Assembly (NCBI GenBank): GCA_044892525.1
Contig: CM097885.1
Span: 8,062,001 to 8,126,000 of the forward strand
Source of the DNA: Schmidtea polychroa
Taxonomy: Eukaryota
Length of the DNA: 64,000 nt
Direction: 5' to 3'
Positions 1 to 12,589 of the stretch are shown here, piece by piece. The position numbers and the translations under genes were made by a program. Positions within the stretch are counted from its first letter, which is position 1; each line of letters begins with the position of its first letter. A model generated the notes under the pieces. That model was not told where the DNA came from and did no database searches. It saw nothing but the letters and a program-made list of their open reading frames with translations.

Positions 1-348
1 TATATATTTTTCAAAATTTTTCTAAGTTAGAACAAAGACGTGTATCCCCCCCCCTGCAAAAATTTTTTATGACTCATACTTTTTCAAAATTTTTCTAAGT
101 TAGAACAAAGACATGTAACTCCTAGCATTAATTTTTATGAAACATTATTATTATTTCAAAATATTACTATTATAATTAATATTATTATTATTGATATTAT
201 TACTATTTAAATTATTATTATTATTAAACATCCTTAGTATTAATAATATTATTTTTTAAAATTATTGAATGACTTTAATATTGCATTTGAATTGCATCTT
301 TCTTTATTAAACTTGCAACTGTATTGCCGCTGTCTTTCTTAATCATAT
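1..348. repeat. Left TIR of element A (partial; 2 copies of the ~75-bp subterminal unit)
   Basis: Reverse complement of 9570-9870 and ~10400-10447. Confidence 0.9.
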
Positions 349-505
349 ATTTTTTAAATTTTTTATTATATTTTAAAAACTATATTTAACTTGCAACAGG
401 TGCTGCTATCTTGTATATTATTTGTCGATTTTTGATATAAAATTAATATAGTTACTTTGTTTTATTTTTAAAATAAATTTACAAAAAATAATTAACTAAA
501 ATTTA

Positions 506-851
506 TTAATTAACACATTCGCAATCGTCATCTTTACATTTCATAACCTTTTCGATGGGATGATCTATACAATCATTTTTAATATTTTCCAGATCTTTAG
601 CTTCATCTATAGGCTCATCAATTTCTTGGGTGTCATTAGTTTCTTAACTATCATCGGTTTCTTCAACTTCCTGATCATCAATTCCAGAATCTTGACTCTC
701 TGATTTATTTAATATGCTAGAAACATTTAATATGTCATCGATTTTTACACCACTTATTTCTGATAGTTTTTCCAAGAAAAAGATGATTATATATTTAAAT
801 AATAAATATTTCGAAAATTAATTAATCATATTAACCTTTTTCTACAGTCAT
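506..851 (-). pseudogene. Degenerate inverted paralog of the small acidic spliced gene at 7688-8040
   Basis: Translates MTVEK...SQDSG...DDDCECVN*. It has an in-frame TAA at ~645 and the splice acceptor AG is lost. Confidence 0.75.
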
Positions 852-981
852 TATTAACAATTTAAAACTAAAATATAAGTTTGTTTATACATTGTCTTTG
901 TTTAGGTTTGCATGTGTTTTGCATTAATATTGCAATTTCATCGTTAATAAAGTGAACAACAAATATGATTAAATACATTTA

Positions 982-1366
982 TTAAATTTCAAATTTTTTA
1001 TACAACAACCAAGCTAAACAATGTTGACCACATGTTTGAGTCAATGGATTTTGAAACATAGTTTTATTATACACAATAGGTTTTCCCATTGTTTGTAGTT
1101 TTGATATCATCAAAGCCGGATAATAGAAACCCATAGGATCGAACACGAATATATTACCAGGTTTCATATATATAGCTATCCAGTGTTCTCCACCAAGATG
1201 AGACGATTGAGTATTGACGATTATGGCTTGATTATTGCTCAAATATGGAATTTTATCGAGAGGAAAAACTCCTACAAATTCATTTCCTAATATTTATTTT
1301 CCAATTTGATTAACCTGAACAGAACTACTTTAATAAATTAAACAGTATAAAAAAAACTTACTCCAT
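982..1366 (-). CDS. Adenain-like cysteine (maturation) protease; short intron after ATG-GA (~1325-1361) and an apparent 1-nt frameshift near 1290
   Basis: Motifs FVGVFPLD, GGEHW (His), FDPMG (Asp) and QNPLTQTCG (Gln/Cys); GTAAGT donor at 1361. Confidence 0.85.
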
Positions 1367-1393
1367 GACAGCTTTCTATATTTCTGTATACAT

Positions 1394-2614
1394 TTATACC
1401 AACACGGTTCTATTTGCAGTAATTTGAACTTCATTTTCAAATACTCCATATATTATAACATGTACTGGTTCTGTAATGGCTATTGCAAACTTTATATCTA
1501 GTCGTAAATTCCCGTTTTGTGGTAATTGACTCTGATTTAAATCAAATTCGGGGGCTAAAACAAATGTGAAAAATGGGTATTTGATTTTAAAATCTTCAAG
1601 AGTTATTCCACAATTCAAATTTTTATCTAAATAGCCAAGATTTCTAACAATACTCTGCATATATGTAGCACAGTAATTATCACTTTCGAAATCTTGAGTA
1701 TATGTTTCTCTATAATCAGTATTTTTCGACAAAGTCAATGATGTAACACCAAAGTTTTTAAAAATTGAGCTGGAAGCTGTATAAGACCCATTATATTGTG
1801 TTTCACTTTGAAATGTTACCAGAATAAAATTAGGCATTCTTCTGTCCCCAAATATTTGTTCTTTATAGAATGACGAAGCACCTTTAGCAATAGCGAATTG
1901 AACAATTTCCTTTGTTTTTAATGGATAAATTGCATGTTTTGAATTAAGACCCAATTGATGACCAGCTAATACTGAGGGATCCACTGGAACTCTTCTTACC
2001 AATAATTTTGCATCAACTAATTGGCATATTGGTGCACCTGTACTAGTAAGAGATAATGCAGAATCTGATCTTTTCAGTCTAATGTGTACATTAACTCCTG
2101 GTAGTAAATATTTCGGTTGATCCATAAAGTCGAGTTGTAATGATGAGCACATAGTGAAAAGCTTTGAGCCTTTAACCCACTTTTTTCTTTCATCATCTGT
2201 TGCTGCATAACCCATAGGAGTAAGACATGTATTTTTAGTATCAGAATTGTAATTTAAAATAGTTTCTATTAAAGCTTTGTGAATGAATGTATTATTACCG
2301 CCCTCAATCTTGATATTATTAAATCCCAACACTGCATCTTTAAACAGAGTATGAAACAGGAAATTGTTCGGTATTACATCTGCATTGGCATCCAAAACCT
2401 TTCTATCTTTATCTACAACCTTGATTTGAACAGTCAATAAAGTATCGTTCAAATCTAAATATTCAGTTTGCGAACCATTAATATAAAACTCGATATCATT
2501 TCTACTATCAGTAATTGAATTCATAGGAAAAACTTCCTCAAATGCCCCAAATTCGATTACTGCTTGAGGCGATGGTCTATCAAATATACATAATTAGGAT
2601 TTACCACAAATCAT
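1394..2614 (-). CDS. Major capsid protein (double jelly-roll, Polinton/adintovirus hexon-like); premature TAA at codon 7 (2594-2596)
   Basis: MICGKS*LCIFDRP..., IEFYING..YLDL, QPKYLLPGV, GNLRLDIKF..., ITANRTV. The ATG overlaps the TGA of the upstream gene. Confidence 0.85.
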
Positions 2615-2973
2615 TTTGCAAATATAGTTCCATGTCCTTTCATTCGTTGGTTTATACGTGATATTCCATGTCCTTTACGTTTTGGAGCTGGGGCTGGAGG
2701 CGTATCTTTTTGAAACATACCAGCAACTCCAGGTAGAACCTTCCCTAACTCAGCTAAAGCATTTGTTTTTAGGGATGGTAAAATATTCTGTTCATTCATA
2801 ATCACGTCTTTAGCAGTTTTCATACCAAAATTACCAATACATTTAAGAATAGGTAATGCAAATCTCCCTATTGTTTTTAACCAACCTGATCCGTACTGTT
2901 TACCAACGAAATATGGTAATTCACCGCCAGATTGCCTATCACTATACATACTAATAATATCTGAATTAGCCAT
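2611..2973 (-). CDS. Conserved Polinton/adintovirus small virion protein (QxGG...QxGxG followed by an amphipathic helix)
   Basis: RQSGGELPYFVGKQYGSGWLKTIGRFALPIL; located between penton and major capsid genes. Confidence 0.7.
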   Translation of the reverse strand: MANSDIISMYSDRQSGGELPYFVGKQYGSGWLKTIGRFALPILKCIGNFGMKTAKDVIMNEQNILPSLKTNALAELGKVLPGVAGMFQKDTPPAPAPKRKGHGISRINQRMKGHGTIFAK

Positions 2974-3977
2974 CTACTTTACGAAAATGTAATGTCAAAT
3001 GAGTTTTCGAATCTTTCGGAAAGTTTATAAGTTTTCCACTATCATCACGAATATTTATTTCTATATTGTTTATACATGAGCTTGAAATTGGTAAATACAT
3101 GGGATTATCTATATTTATATTGACAACTTCGTCGTGTTCATATTTTCCAATCCACACTGATTTCAAAAGAGGAACACTGGAATCACCGACAATGATGGGC
3201 TCAATAATATTAGTATATATGAACATTTGTTGATGATGTTCCAGTATTCTTGGTTTACGTATACCAGCCGATTTCTCCCGATATTGTTGCTTCTCTAATC
3301 CAAGTGTATTTGTCAAATTTTTATCAAATGTAACTTCGCGAATGTCATCATTCAAACTGAAGGTAAATAGCAAATCTTTCACAATGTCCAAACTTTTAAA
3401 TATGTGTGAACAATTGGACTTTAAATATTTAAGTAGCACATCAAGTTTATCAATATATAATTCGTCAGCAAAGGTGAATGATTCTTCAACTTCATTATTA
3501 TATGACACGGATATTTTGATTTCTTCTTTCATTACACTGTTTGCTTCAAATAGACCAAAGCGTAATAAATATTCTGTTTCCATAACTTCATTTTTCAACT
3601 TATTGCAACCCATTCGTTTGGCATCTTCAATAGTTTCGAATATTATTGTAAATGGTTTAAAATCACAACTAATATTTAATCCCTCCTTGTAAAACATATA
3701 GCAATGCTGATCTAATATTTGATTTGGAATATGATATGTTTTATCATAATTACTGATACAAAGATACCACTACATGTTTTCATAGCATTCCTTTTGAAAT
3801 CAATCTTACATTGACTATAAAATGGAAATGTGTTGTACACGAATGTAAAATCGTGCAGTGCAACTTCCCAGTCACCATTTAAAGAAATCGGATTCTGGAG
3901 ATTGACCATGAATTTACTGGCTTGATTATATGGATGAATTAATGGGCAGCTATTGCTAGGTAAAATAGTATAAAAAT

Positions 3978-3981
<4 letters not shown>
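2966..3981 (-). CDS. Minor capsid protein (penton), split by a frameshift near 3760
   Basis: N-terminal FYTILPSNS..N..SKF...L..PISLNGDWEVAL; C-terminal FIYTNIIEP.IVGD..VPLL..IEINIRD..G..I.F..LTLHFRK. Confidence 0.85.
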
Positions 3982-5229
<1,248 letters not shown>

Positions 5230-5290
5230 TACAACAAGAAGATTTAATATTAAATTTAATGTCGGGTAATGAAGGATTAGCACCCATTGT

Positions 5291-5785
5291 TTATGATCGA
5301 CTTCCTATTATTCCACCTAATAATGATATTGCTAAAGGTATCAATGCACCGATAAATCCCCCTTGTTGTTTATATATAATTTTTCTCATTTGTTGACGAT
5401 TTTTATTATTTACTAATGATAACAAAGGTTTCCTATGTTTACTCAATAATTGCTTTTTAGATTTACTGATTTTAATCTTGCCTTTGACTACGTTAAGTAT
5501 AATATCGAGTAAATCATCGACAACATAATTTGGAAATGATTGCAAAATACTGTTTCTTTTCATACTTGGTGCCTTTAACAATGTATTAAAAAACGGGAAA
5601 CTCCGATGATTTTTAACAATTTTTACACTCTTAGTGGTTTTACAATTAGGTTTAGGTTTAGGATTTTTCGAAAAAAGATTCATTGCAGGAAAATTTTCTG
5701 TAAAAAGTTCTTTAGATGGAGTATAACTAGTTGTTGGTGGAACTATTGGTTGTTTTTTATTTGATATCCTTGTTTTTGAAAACAT
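5291..5785 (-). CDS. Basic core protein with C-terminal QxGGF + hydrophobic tail (Polinton/adintovirus-type, probable adenain substrate)
   Basis: LNVVKGKIKIS..KK.LL.KHRK.L..L...KQQGGFIGALIPLAISLLGG. Confidence 0.7.
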   Translation of the reverse strand: MFSKTRISNKKQPIVPPTTSYTPSKELFTENFPAMNLFSKNPKPKPNCKTTKSVKIVKNHRSFPFFNTLLKAPSMKRNSILQSFPNYVVDDLLDIILNVVKGKIKISKSKKQLLSKHRKPLLSLVNNKNRQQMRKIIYKQQGGFIGALIPLAISLLGGIIGSRS

Positions 5786-5891
5786 GATTTATATGTTTTG
5801 AACTTTGTTTTGAACTTTGTTTATAATCGATGATTTAATGAGCTCGTGCTCAATTTGTATATAAAGACTAATTTTCATAAATGATTTAATA

Positions 5892-6329
5892 ATGTTAGCA
5901 AATATAAATTACCGAAGAACTTTTGATGTATCGAATATGAGGTTCCCATTAGGAAAACCCCAGCAAATTATCAATAGAAGCGGGAAATATCCGATAATAT
6001 TTTTCAAGAATGGTAAATGTAGAATCATGGGATGTAAGAAACCTTTGGATATTAATAAATTACAATATCGAATAAATAATTTCAAAATCCAATCAATTAC
6101 CGTTACTATGGATATGGGACATAGTATCAATCTATATAACATGTCGAAAAAATGTGATTGTATGTTTGAACCGGAATTGTTTCCGGCACTAAGACTATTA
6201 AAATATAACCCTATATGTGTCAACGTGTTTGCTAGTGGAAAGGTTGTCATGCTGGGGTTGAGAAATTTAGAGTATAGAGAATTTGTTGACAATGTTCGAA
6301 ATGAGATAATTTCATTGGTCGATTTCTAA
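5892..6329 (+). CDS. TATA-box-binding protein (TBP)-like protein
   Basis: Two TBP-like repeats: IIFFKNGKCRIMGCK and FEPELFPAL...VNVFASGKVVMLG; TATATAAA upstream at ~5858. Confidence 0.75.
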   Translation: MLANINYRRTFDVSNMRFPLGKPQQIINRSGKYPIIFFKNGKCRIMGCKKPLDINKLQYRINNFKIQSITVTMDMGHSINLYNMSKKCDCMFEPELFPALRLLKYNPICVNVFASGKVVMLGLRNLEYREFVDNVRNEIISLVDF

Positions 6330-6401
6330 TTGGTTAATTTCTAATTGGTTATTGATTGATTTAAACAAAAGGTTTTTTGTTTAGAATTCATTTATTTCAC
6401 T

Positions 6402-6819
6402 ATGTACAAAATTCCAAGCGCAGCAAATCTAATGAAAGATATTGATGACTATGGTAAATTTATAATTTTCATTTTCACATTTTCTTTTTATATTTATTAT
6501 TTTAGAAAAATATTTAGAAGTGATGTTGAATCGGATAAAATATTATTACCCGCAAATTACAGAAATAATCAAGGATAGAGAACCTGAAATCATTCCGGAT
6601 CTGATATTCTATGCCACTCAAATTCGAATCATGGAGGTATTCCATCAATTCCTATGGGATCTGAAGATCAGTAGGACCATGAAACAAATGGAGCCGGAAT
6701 ACCAATGCATCATCGGATGCTCATGCTGTGCCGATCGATATCGGCGATATGTTGAATGGGAGTTAGTGAAAACTCTGAGAAGGTTTCACTACTCCCGGAT
6801 TGTAGATAAAGGATATTAA
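6402..6819 (+). CDS. Hypothetical protein, two exons (intron 6454-6505), CxxxCxCC motif
   Basis: MYKIPSAANLMKDIDDY|EKYLEVMLN... joined in frame; AATAAA at the stop. Confidence 0.65.
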
Positions 6820-7143
6820 TAAATGTATTTTTTGTTTCTATCGTGTTTTTTATATTTGAAATAGTAATAAATAGTAATAATATAAATAGTAATAATAATA
6901 GAAATGGAAATAATATAAATAGTAATAATATGACCCATAAATAATAATAAAATATAAATAATAATAAAACATAAATAATAATAAAACATAATAATATGTC
7001 ACATTAATAATATGAACATAAATGTAGCATTAATGCAAATGACATACAAATTTAAACAATGACATGCTATAATCTAATTAGTTGATAGGTATGAGTCAAA
7101 GGTATAAAAACCCTGTAACATTTCAATTTAATCATTATTCACT

Positions 7144-7554
7144 ATGACCAAGAAAATTTCATGCACCGAAAAACCTAAAGAAATGGTACAACCAGTTCAA
7201 ATGTTCCACAATTATAAAATGTATTTTTTGAAAGAAGAAATCAATATGAAATTGGTTGCACCAGTCAAGCTAATTCCAACTAAATTTCAATTCTTATCCG
7301 GCACGCTTTCAATGATTGATGTCAAAACTATTGATGATGTTTTTAAACGGTTAGATTCGAATCTATCGTGTAATCAACATGCATGGTTCAACAATAGATA
7401 TGCAAGATTTTATGATGCTTTTGATGAAATCAGTTTCAAAGAAAATGAAAATTGGTATATAACAATTGCAATCCAGGGATATAAAGTTGATAATAATGAT
7501 GTATATTCTCCTATTTGGAAAATTATGTCTGCTAGACTTTTACAAATATTTTAA
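7144..7554 (+). CDS. Hypothetical element protein
   Basis: 136-aa ORF with TATAAAA ~40 nt upstream and AATAAA downstream. Confidence 0.6.
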   Translation: MTKKISCTEKPKEMVQPVQMFHNYKMYFLKEEINMKLVAPVKLIPTKFQFLSGTLSMIDVKTIDDVFKRLDSNLSCNQHAWFNNRYARFYDAFDEISFKENENWYITIAIQGYKVDNNDVYSPIWKIMSARLLQIF

Positions 7555-7687
7555 TGTTATATTTAATAAATGTATTAGTCATATTTGTTTTTCTCTTTAT
7601 TAATTGCAACATAAATGCAAATGACATGCAAATTTAACAAAGAAAAATCTATAAACAAACTTATAATATAGTTTTAAAGTGATGAAA

Positions 7688-8040
7688 ATGACTGCAGAAA
7701 AAGGTTAACATGATTAATTAATTACCGAATTATTTATTATTTAGAATTTGTAATCAACTTTTTGTTGGAAAAGTTAGCAGAAATAGCTGGTGTAAAAATT
7801 GAGGACATATTATCTATTACAAATGCCTTAAATATCGGTTGGATAGTTGAGAGTCAAGATTCAGGATTTGATGATGAGGAAGAAACTCAAGAAATTGATG
7901 ACGAAATCTATGAACCTATAGATGAACCTATAGAGGAACCTAAAGATGAACCTAAAGATAATATTACGAATGATTGTATTGATCATGTCGTTGAAAATAT
8001 AATGAAATGTGGAGATGACGACTGCGAATGTGTTAATTAA
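7688..8040 (+). CDS. Small acidic protein, two exons (41-nt intron 7704-7744)
   Basis: MTAEK|EFVINFLLEK joined in frame; diverged paralog at 506-851. Confidence 0.7.
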
Positions 8041-8110
8041 TAAATTTTAGTTAATTATTGTTTGTAAATTTATTTAAAATTTTATTTAAAAATCAAACAA
8101 AATAACTATA

Positions 8111-8637
8111 TTAATTTTTATTTAAAAATCGGGATAAAACATACAAAATAGCAACACCTGTTGCAAGTTTTATATAGTTTTTAAATTTCATTTTGTGTTC
8201 ATCGATTTTCTTCGCATTTCTGGCGAGTTGATTCAGTACGCCCCATCCGCCATTGGCTTCAATCCATGGTTGAAACTTTGACTTGATTATCTAGAAAATT
8301 AATATTAATAAAATATAGATTATAAAAGTATTACTTCTTGAGACCACTGATTATAATGTTCAGAGTCCCATAAACTTTTTTCTATTATAATCTTCATATA
8401 AGCGAACCCTACTAGTATTCGGGTCCACTTCATCTCATCGTCACATAGGCAGTTAAAAATCCTATGAAAATAGAATTTTTTCGTTTCGAGGCAATCGGAA
8501 TTGAGCATATCCTCATAATCGATATGATTTCCTTCGATAATATTTTCGGTCCGGTCGACCAGGAAACTGAGGCTTTCCACAATCTTCTTGTTGATAACTT
8601 CGCTTAAAAGATTTTCCATAAAATTTGGTTGAGACAT
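8111..8637 (-). CDS. Bcl-2 family protein (~160 aa), two exons (44-nt intron 8291-8334)
   Basis: BH1-like LCDDEMKWTRILVGFAY; BH2 QPWIEANGGW; C-terminal anchor KLATGVAILYVLSRFLNKN*. Confidence 0.85.
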
Positions 8638-8742
8638 TTCTACAATAATTTAAAATATGATGTTTTATTTATACTAATACCGTAAGATTTTGATTGGTTG
8701 ATAGACTATAAATGTAAAAGAAAAGTTTTGATTTGATACACC

Positions 8743-9213
8743 ATGAAAACTATATTCATATTGCTAATTATTATAACGAGTGTGTGCTCACACAATACAA
8801 CAATAACAGTGGAGTCTTTTAATAAGTCAATATGTGTTTTATATATTCTCAACAAACCAAAATGGTCAAAGCATCCAGGAAAAAGAATATCTCAAAGATT
8901 GGAGAATTTAGAAAACAGTTATGAACTATCATTTGCATATATACAAAATATAAAAATTAAATTGATTGATCATATTGAAGTTTTCAATAACTCTAATGTT
9001 GAAAATAAAAAGAATATGAAAATTATTGATAAGAAGTATGATTATTTGTTAAAAAAGACCGAATTATTATTAAGAGAAATTCAAACAATCAAAGGATCAA
9101 TAGAATATCTGAAAATCAATTCAACGTTACCAATTTCAAACAATATTGCTGCGAATACTAGTACATCAATATTTAGTTTACCTTTGTTAATCTTGCATTA
9201 TTTTATTGTTTAA
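8743..9213 (+). CDS. Secreted/surface protein: signal peptide, coiled coil, hydrophobic C-terminus
   Basis: MKTIFILLIIITSVCS; heptad-like centre; STSIFSLPLLILHYFIV*; TATAAAT upstream. Confidence 0.6.
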   Translation: MKTIFILLIIITSVCSHNTTITVESFNKSICVLYILNKPKWSKHPGKRISQRLENLENSYELSFAYIQNIKIKLIDHIEVFNNSNVENKKNMKIIDKKYDYLLKKTELLLREIQTIKGSIEYLKINSTLPISNNIAANTSTSIFSLPLLILHYFIV

Positions 9214-9429
9214 ATAAATGTATGTTTTGTTGATTTGTTTAATAATACCCTTGCGAGTTGTTGAGCGTGAGCAGTACCCTTGTGACATTGTTTTGGTCCA
9301 CTTTGAATTCTAAGTCAAAACAATATTTATTCTCCAATATGGAGATTATAACGTGCAAGACTTGCTCTTGGTTTTTAATAGATTTTTTAATCAATAAATT
9401 TTTAATCAGTTATTTGTTATTGATTTAGA

Positions 9430-9532
<103 letters not shown>

Positions 9533-9569
9533 TTTAAATAAATTGAAAGATAATAGGTTAGAAAAAAAA

Positions 9570-10640
9570 ATATGATTAAGAAAGACAGCGGCAATACAGT
9601 TGCAAGTTTAATAAAGAAAGATGCAATTCAGATGCAATATTAAAGTCATTCAGTAATTTTAAAAAATAATATTAAGGATGTTTAATAATAGTATTAATTT
9701 AAATAGTAAAAATATCAATAATAATAATATTAATTATAATAGTAATATTTTGAAATAATAATAATGATTCATAAAAATTAATGCTAGGAGTTACATGTCT
9801 TTGTTCTAACTTAGAAAAATTTTGAAAAAGTATGAGTCATAAAAAATTTTTGCTATGGGGGGGGGGGTTACATGCCTTTGTTTTGACTTAGAAAAATTTT
9901 CAAAAAGTATGAGTCATAAAAAATTTTTACTATGGGGGGGATACATGTCTTTGTTCTAACTTAGAAAAATTATGAAAAAGTATAAGTCATAAAAATTTTT
10001 TTGCAGGGGGGGTGGGGATACATGTCTTTGTTTTGACTTAGAAAAATTTTGAAAAAGTATGAGTCATAAAAAATTTTTACTATGGGGGGGATACATGTCT
10101 TTGTTCTAACTTAGAAAAATTATGAAAAAGTATAAGTCATAAAAATTTTTTTGCAGGGGGGGTGGGGGATACATGTCTTTGTTTTGACTTAGAAAAATTT
10201 TGAAAAAGTATGAGTCATAAAAATTATTGGCTATGGGGGGGGGGGGGTTACATGTCTTTGTTTTGACTTAGAAAAATTTTGAAAAAGTATGAGTCATAAA
10301 AATTTTTTGCTAGGGGGGGTGGGGGGATACATGTCTTTGTTCTAACTTAGAAATATTTTGAAAAAGTATGAGTCATAAAAATTTTTTTTTTGCTAGGGGG
10401 GGGTACATGTCTTTGTTTTGACTTAGAAAAATTTTGAAAAATATATATGACTCATGCTTTTCATCCGACATGATGGGTTTGAACCGTCGTAGAACAAAGA
10501 CCATGAGTCATACACACATATATGATACACCCACATGACCCCTGACTCACCCTCTACACGATGAGTCATCAATCGATGAGTCATCACTGAAAAGTGATGA
10601 GTCATAGGTCTTTGTGCCAGCGGGCTCACATCCACCTACT
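9570..10640. repeat. Right TIR of element A, with ~9 tandem 73-79-bp units (TGAGTCA + G-run)
   Basis: Units start at ~9793, 9870, 9943, 10020, 10093, 10171, 10250, 10329 and 10406; ends CCTACT at 10640. Confidence 0.9.
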
Positions 10641-11260
10641 TTAATGAATTTAAAACATTTCGACGAAAATATGATACGAGAAAAAGCAACTATTTTATAT
10701 AAAGAATACCCAGATGATCTTGAAAATGGTCCAATCGACGAATGTTTACATTTTAAACATGTAAATTTAATATCGGATAACTTAACAGCATTATCTAAAT
10801 CTGAGCAAATTTTAAGAACAATAATTGAATCGCAAATTGAATGCACTTTTCCGAATATAACAACAGCTCTACGAATATATTTAAGTATCGCCTGTACAAA
10901 TTGTAGCGAGAATGGTCGTTTTCAACTCTCAAGAGAATAAAAAATCATCTAAGATCATCTTTAGGACAATACAAATTAATTAATTTAAGTATTTTGTCAA
11001 TAGAATCGAATGTCTTTGAGAAACTGTATCACAAGAAAATTATAGATATATTTGCTAAAAATAAATGCCGCAAAAGACATATTTAAATTAAAATTTAATA
11101 TTTAATTCACATATTTATATAAATTTTTTGAATTTTGTTTTGCGTAAATACATTTAAGTTTTGAATTTTTGAAAATAAAATTGAATTTTTATAATAAAAG
11201 TATGTAGGGGTGCAAAATTTTTTTTAGCCCAGGGCGCTCAAACTTATTAATACGGCCATG
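10641..11260 (+). mobile_element. hAT (ZMYM1-like) transposase C-terminal dimerization-domain relic and right end; insertion target of element A
   Basis: TFPNITTALRIYLSIACTNCSE/RSFSTLKRIKNHLRSSLGQ..L..LSILSIE; end ...TACGGCCATG. Confidence 0.8.
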
Positions 11261-12589
11261 AGTAGGTCAGAAATTAATTGTTGATAAAATAAGTGTCGAA
11301 AATTTGTGTTAGATAGGAAAATTAATTTTTCATCTATAGTCACGACGCATTACGATCCCGGTTCATTATTATTAACAATTTTAGTGATGGCAAGTACCTT
11401 GCAAAACTAAGAGGTCTAATATATTGCCTTGGTTTGATTATCCTAAAATCTTAAAAGACTATTGGGAAAAAAGAAAGACAGGTTTAACAGGTAAAAGCCA
11501 CTAGGTTTAATTATGCCGTTGTTACCGCTGTTAGAATTTTGGTAGGTTGAGTTAAACATGTGAAAACCTTAAGACTGATGCTAAATGATAAATCTTGATA
11601 GGGTCTTATTTATAGATTCATTGAAACATAGACTACGATATTTATTGTTGAAATTATACTGAATTAGTAAATGTCCTAAACTATTGTAAAACATTCCATA
11701 ATCAATTTCTGCTACTTCTATTAATCATATTTAATTTAATTTTATACAAGTTTTTATTTTAGATATAATGTCCGATTTTGAATATGAACTTTATAATTTC
11801 AGTTTTGGTTAAATGTTATTCAAAATTAAAAACGCTGATATAAGGTTTCCGATAAAGAAGGGTCATAAATGCAAAATTGGGTATCTATGGTACTTTTTTG
11901 TATGTATGAGTCACAATCGTTTATATAGTTTAATTTAAAAGGATTCAAGATGGGAACAATGTTTATGATTTAGTTAGTTAAGGGTGCGATATAAAGGTTA
12001 TGAGGGACCGCTTTAAAAAGGTCAACGGGATTGTTTGTTCAAATGTAATGAATATGATTATAATAAAAATGTAGCATATAAATCATACAAACACATTGTA
12101 CATGTGAGGTGTTTTCAGCTGAGAGTTAAATATTTCAAAAAATTATTAAGATAATTTTAAAAGATAAATAATTGACTATTTAAAATAACTTTGAAAATAA
12201 TTTTTTAATCGGATCGTTTTTAAATACATATATTTTAAATATCGAAATTTTAATAAATGGTTTTTTGAAATATTTTATTTAACGCTGAAAATTTGTTTAG
12301 AAATTATACAATATTTCATTAAATAAATACTTAGAATTATGACGTTAACTTTTGAACCGGATTTAAAAATTAATTTAGAAGATGTGTTAGCAGCTTCTAA
12401 TAGTACACATATTTCTATTAAACAATTTAAAGTCTGTTGTGGAAAAGCATTATATATAACTTAATTTGAAAGAATGATAACAGTACTTATGACTCAATTA
12501 AATAAGGGTTGATAGAAAGTGGGAAAAGAAGGTTACTTTAAATAAGTCAAAAATTATTGCTAGTGTTTAATATTTATCGGTTTTCCTTG

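Noticed and set aside
10614..10940. 108-aa ORF as a real gene
   Set aside because: Chimera of the element A terminus and a broken hAT transposase
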